The translations under genes and the position numbers were made by a program. The notes under the pieces were generated by a model. That model was not told the origin of the DNA, did no database searches, and worked only from the letters and a program-made list of their open reading frames with translations. From NCBI GenBank assembly GCA_951406725.2, contig OX597831.1:11408001-11472000 (forward strand): a stretch of DNA of 64,000 nucleotides, in the 5' to 3' direction. Source of the stretch: Octopus vulgaris. Its lineage: Eukaryota. Of this stretch, positions 56,975-64,000 are shown piece by piece. Each line of letters begins with the position of its first letter. The first letter of the stretch is position 1.

Positions 56975-57630
56975 GATATGTATTTGAAATGTTTGTACAC
57001 ATCATCATTTTGATCTAAAGCTGTTCCAGGAATGTAGAGTCATACTTATGAATGAGGGGGGATTGACAGGGGGGTACTGGTAAAAGTGTTGGCGCCATTA
57101 TTCACACGTGTATAAAGATGTCCGTAGAACGAACATGGTGGAATAAAAGACTTGACTGGTGTAGAAAATTGAGGGGGAAATAGCGATCCTTTAGAAAAAA
57201 CATTAAGGATTCGAGTTGATGTTAGTAAAACAGGAAAACAGGGATAATGATGAAGCGTGGTGAGAGAATAACGATGGAGAGTTGTGACCGAGGGAAAGAG
57301 GCGGCGAGACTGTTATAAAAGGGGAGATGAAAGAGGATGAATCTTCATACGCGTGAAAATTGTCTACATTGACATACACATACATATACACATAGATACG
57401 TACATATATATACACACATATATATATATATATATATATAACCTACATATAGACATACATAAACACGCACATTTATATGTGTAATTATATATATATTTGT
57501 ATATAAATATTCATGCACACGCATACACACACATAATACATACATGTATTTATATACATACACACACACATATATATGTATGTATGTATGTATGTATTAA
57601 TGTATGTATGTATGTATGTATGTATGTATG

Positions 57631-57681
<51 letters not shown>

Positions 57682-58433
57682 ATGTATGTATTAATGTATG
57701 TATGTATATATGTGTTTGTATAGCAGTCCGACAACGGCTTAGCTGTCTGAAATTTAGAAATCACTGTCAACAACATTCTTGTATAAGAGTAGTAAATTTG
57801 TACCTTATAAAAGTGTGGATTAACCCATCAGATTAGAAGAAAATTGTTTTTAATATAATTAAACATAAAAGAAACATAAAAGAAACACACACAGGCACAC
57901 ACACACACGTGCGCGCGCGCGCGTTTATAACTTTGTGTTGCAAGATTCCTGATGTGAAACCGTGTGTTGAAACATATTTTTGTATTTCGGGAGGGTCACT
58001 TGTTTTGTTCTCTTTCCAAAGAAACCCACGCACTATATATTCATTCATCACTCGTGTATTACTGTTCTTATTCTAACGCATGTCCATTGAACGGAAACCT
58101 TGTGTGTATATACATACATACATGCATACATACAAACATATATATAAATATACACACAACAAGGAATCGTCGATGTCAAATTTATATGTATAGATTTATA
58201 TATATATACACATTCACACATATTCATGTATCATTAAACACGGCTGTGTTAATTACATAAAGAAGTTAGTTTTTTCTAATTACCATCATTAAAATCATTA
58301 GTAGTAGTAGTAGCAGCAGCAGCAGCAGAAGTAGTAGTAGCAATAGTAGCAGTAGTAGCATTATTTATATTTATATTTTTCCTTCTAAGGATCCCGTATC
58401 TTAAATCACAAAGCAAACATCTTTCAGAATAAG

Positions 58434-58542
<109 letters not shown>

Positions 58543-59054
58543 TTTATTTATTTATATATATATATACACACACACACACAATATGCGTATGCAGATTTGA
58601 ACACATATGTAGAAGTGTACGCCATTGTAGACAGATGTATACGCATACATGGCCAGATGTTCCGACGCACGAACAGACAGACACGTAATTAGAATTTTTA
58701 AAAAATGCTTGTTTATGTTGTTGTTGTTGTTATATTTACAGGTGTTAAAGTGAAATATTGTTAATTAAACACTTAAAACTAAACTAACACATGTTGTATT
58801 TCGTCGAATATTAACTATTTAAGACACCACTAAGTGATGGCGTTAAGGAGTAGAAAGGGAGAGAGAGAGAGAGAGAGAGAGAGGGAAAGAGGGAGAGAGG
58901 GGGAGAGGGAGAGAGAAAAGAGAGAGAAGGGGAGACAGAGAAGGAGAAAAGGAGAGACATGGAAACAGAGACTGACAGAGGCAGAGAACGGAGAAGTGTC
59001 AGATCAGAGAGCAAAGAATGGATACACACACACACACACATATATACATGTGTG

Positions 59055-59109
<55 letters not shown>

Positions 59110-59111
<2 letters not shown>

Positions 59112-59281
59112 CGTGGCTCTGTGGTAAGAAGTTTGCTTCCCAATCACATGGTTCTGGGTTCAGTCCCACTGTGCAGCACCTTGGGCAAGTATCTTCTACA
59201 ATAGCTTCGGGCCGAACAAAGCCTTGTAAGTGGACTTGACAGACGGAAACTAAAAGAAGCCCGTCGTATATATATGTGCGT

Positions 59282-59326
<45 letters not shown>

Positions 59327-59521
59327 TGTGTCTGTGTGTCTGTGTGTGTGTGTGTGTTTATATGTGTGTATCAACAATCACTTGACAACCGATGTTGGTG
59401 TGTTCATGTCGCCGTAACTTGGCAGTTCGGCAAAATAGACCGATAGGATAAGTACTAGGCCTACAAAGGATAAGTCCTGGGATCGAGTCGCTCGACTAAA
59501 GGCGGTGCACCAGCATGGCCG
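59110..59521 (+). mobile_element. SINE family A, near full length
   Basis: Colinear with 59619-60033. Confidence 0.88.
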
Positions 59522-59533
59522 TTATATATAATA

Positions 59534-59610
<77 letters not shown>

Positions 59611-59618
59611 GGATCATA

Positions 59619-60033
59619 GGCGCAGGAGTGGCTGTGTGGTAAGTAGCTTGCTTACCAGCCACATGGTTCCGGGTTCAGTCCCACTGCGTGGCACCTTGGG
59701 CAAGTTTTTTCTACTATAGCCTCGGGCCGACCAAAGCCTTGTGAGTGGATTTGATAGACGGAAACTGAAAGAAGCCCGTCGTATATATATGTATATATAT
59801 ATATATGTGTGTGCGTGTATGTTTGTGTGTCTGTGTTTGTCCCCCTAGCATTGCTTGACAACCGATGCTGGTGTGTTTATGTTCCCGTCACTTAGCGGTT
59901 CGGCCTAAGAGACCGATAGAATAAGTACTGGGCTTACAAAGAATAAGTCCCGTGGTTGAGTTGCTCGACTAAAGGCGGTGCTCCAGCATGGCCGCAGTCA
60001 AATGACTGAAACAAGTAAAAGAGTAAAAGAGTA
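59619..60033 (+). mobile_element. SINE family A, full-length reference copy
   Basis: A box TGGCTGTGTGG, B-box-like GGTTCAGTCC, CORE-like ACCTTGGGCAAG, internal (TA)n(TG)n at about 59782-59830, tail of repeated GTAAAAGA. Confidence 0.9.
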
Positions 60034-60052
60034 TTACGAAGTAGCATTTATG

Positions 60053-60084
<32 letters not shown>

Positions 60085-60184
60085 TAAAAATACATATGTA
60101 TGTGTCTGTAACATTTAGATGTACACATGCTTGTGTATAAGTCTATTACAATACGTATATATTATTTGTATGTATGCATATATA

Positions 60185-60249
<65 letters not shown>

Positions 60250-60393
60250 ATCTGTGTGTTTATATATATATATATCTTTGCGCGTATATATATGTATGTT
60301 TGTGTTTGTGTATATATATGTGTATATATATATATAGAGAGAGAGAAAGAGAGATAGGTAGATGATACAGACAGACAGACAGACAGACAGACA

Positions 60394-61846
<1,453 letters not shown>

Positions 61847-61948
61847 GGCTGTAGTAGAAGACACTTGCCCAAGGTACCACGCAGTGGGATCGAACCCAGA
61901 ACCATGTGGTTGGTAAGCAAACTACTTACCACATAGCCACGCACGCCT
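61847..61948 (-). mobile_element. SINE family A head truncated by the (GATA)n array
   Basis: GTAGTAGAAGACACTTGCCCAAGGTACCACGCAGTGGGATCGAACC...CCACATAGCCAC. Confidence 0.85.
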
Positions 61949-61954
61949 ATATAT

Positions 61955-61998
<44 letters not shown>

Positions 61999-62038
61999 TT
62001 ATACACACACAAAGGGGGATGCTGAAGTGTTGAGGAAA

Positions 62039-62088
<50 letters not shown>

Positions 62089-62498
62089 TATATTATTATT
62101 ATTAATTGTATATATAACTGTGTTTGTACATTTGTATGTGAACAAAAGCATTCTACGCCTCTGTGTGCATGTTTATGTGGGTGTGTGTGGAGGGGTTTGT
62201 TGAATATTTGTGTGCACGTGTGTAGATTTGTTCCTGGAGAGTGCTTTAACGATTACAGATTTCCAGAAAAATTTTTATAATTACAAGAATTTTATATCCT
62301 TGGGATGGGGAGGTGAAATTAAAATATATATTTATATACTTACACAACAACATTCAAACATATACATACACACACACACATGCTCCCCAAATATATATAA
62401 TGTATATATATATATAATATGTATATATATATATATGCATTTATGTATGCATTCATATTGAACGAGTGATGCACCTGCAAATTTTATAATCCTCATGC

Positions 62499-62540
<42 letters not shown>

Positions 62541-62553
62541 AATATGTCTGCGC

Positions 62554-62587
<34 letters not shown>

Positions 62588-62660
62588 TGATGTATACATA
62601 TCTATGGTACATAAAGAAGCGAAAACAAATATAGCGTGATATAGCAAATATATATATATA

Positions 62661-62724
<64 letters not shown>

Positions 62725-62858
62725 GGATGTATGTGTATCCTTAACTGTCCCACACTTTCTCTCTCTATCTCTCTCTCTTTCTGCTCCCTTCTTCTTCTTC
62801 TTCTTCTTCTTCTTCTACTACTACTACTACTACTACTACTATTACTAGTAGTAGTAGA

Positions 62859-63061
62859 TGTCCTCCCAACATCGCTTGACAACCGATGTTGGTATGTTTA
62901 CGTCCCCTGGAACATAGTGGTTCGGCAAAATACCGACAGAATAAGTACTAAGCTTACAAAGAATAAGTCCTGGGTTTGATTTGCTCGACTAAAGGCAGTG
63001 CTCCAGCATGGCCGCAGATAAATGACTGAAACAAATAAAAGAGTAAAAGAGAGAGAGTAAA
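62859..63061 (+). mobile_element. SINE family A 3' half
   Basis: GCTTGACAACCGATGTTGG...CTCCAGCATGGCCGCAG...AAAAGAGTAAAAGAG. Confidence 0.85.
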
Positions 63062-63216
63062 GTCTTTTATTTCCCTACAAGGATAGTATTTCAGTTCTGT
63101 ATTTAAGAGATGAGGAATTATGTACATTATTGACATTATTTACATTTGACATATTTTGTATCTTTTCGGAGAAGCCTTTCACATAGGGAGACATACTGTG
63201 GACAGCTTATTGGTTT

Positions 63217-63717
63217 GTGAATAAACTGTCCACAGTCTGTCTAACCTATGTGAAAGGGCTCTCCGAAAAGATACAAAAGATATGTGGTTCACATGACATC
63301 AGGACAGTATTCAAGAGTAATACAATACTTCGCAAATATCTCCGAGTAAAATCACCAATAGAAGAGAATATGACCAAAGACTGCGTGTCCTCCATCTCAT
63401 CCAGCTGTGGTAGATTTTACAAAGGCGAAACATGCCGCCCCCTCAAAATAAGGGTAGACGAACATCGCAAAGCTGTGACACGAAGAGATATTGATAAATC
63501 GGGTATAGCTGATCGTGTATGGAAAAATGGAGACCCCACTCCCCGCCTGTGGGATGAAGTTAAAATGACAGATAGAGAAAACCACTGGAAAATACGAAAA
63601 CTAAAAGAAGCAGCACATATGCTAGGATACAACAACCTCCTAAGCAGACCGAGCGCAAATATGAATAGCGTATGGGAACCGGTATTAAGGAAGGATAGGA
63701 AAATATTAGATCTATAA
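63217..63717 (+). pseudogene. Penelope-like RT C-terminal linker plus GIY-YIG endonuclease, degenerate
   Basis: CLTYVKGLSEKI...IRTVFKS...LR; CVSSISSSCGRFYKGETCRPLKIRVDEH (vs GVYxIPCxCGxxYIGETxRxLxxRxxEH); KSGIA; RKLKEA; no RT core, motifs mutated. Confidence 0.88.
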
Positions 63718-63746
63718 GCCCTAAAATTCATTCCATAATTGCCCAC

Positions 63747-63820
63747 GGGCATATGGCATTGTGGTTAAGAGCGCGGGCTACTAGCCCCAAGATTCCGAGT
63801 TCGATTCCAGGCAGTCACCT
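63747..63820 (+). promoter_or_regulatory. tRNA-like Pol III head (A and B boxes)
   Basis: TGGCATTGTGG at 63754, GAGTTCGATTCC at 63797, anticodon-like arm GGG-CTACTAG-CCC; acceptor stem poor, so not a functional tRNA. Confidence 0.7.
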
Positions 63821-64000
63821 GTATAATAATAACGAAAAATACCTTAGGAATGAGAACCCAGGCTGGAGGGTATATCAGCCGAAACGTTGTGCTAACAACA
63901 AACAAAATGAGGACAAATATCCGTCAAATGTAAATAATGTAAATAATGCAAGAATAGTATTTACCTCGAAGGTTATTTACTAGTATCAAAAGATCAAATT

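Larger units (their letters stand above)
63105..63949 (+). mobile_element. 5'-truncated Penelope-like element with an inverted partial terminal repeat
   Basis: GIY-YIG ORF inside; 63122-63162 (TACATTATTGACATTATTTACATTTGAC) is the near reverse complement of 63911-63949 (GTCAAATGTAAATAATGTAAATAATG). Confidence 0.8.

Noticed and set aside
63747-63820. Functional tRNA gene
   Set aside because: Acceptor and T stems pair poorly and there is no oligo-T terminator; treated as a tRNA-derived head.

Overview
AT-rich, microsatellite-saturated animal genomic DNA with no supportable host protein-coding exon; nearly all listed ORFs are translations of simple repeats. The SINE repertoire and repeat landscape suggest a coleoid cephalopod, probably Octopus (inference). 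The non-repetitive islands are almost all mobile-element relics: three tRNA-derived SINE families (A, with a built-in (TA)n(TG)n tract; B, with a Meta/Sauria-like domain; C, CORE-type), R4/Dong-clade RT and RLE-endonuclease fragments sitting in (TAA)n, a CR1/L2-group LINE 3' end, mariner relics and MITEs, a non-autonomous Helitron, and a Penelope-like GIY-YIG fragment. The most notable signal is a set of hammerhead-ribozyme (HHR)-bearing fold-back elements. The best is a 395-bp near-perfect palindrome (54530-54924) with an intact type I HHR on each strand. There is also a near-intact minimal HHR at 35660-35701, several smaller head-to-head palindromes built on HHR halves (one present twice), and a Penelope 3' end with a tRNA-like Pol III head in front of a truncated HHR. 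All calls were made by eye, with no database searches or folding runs.
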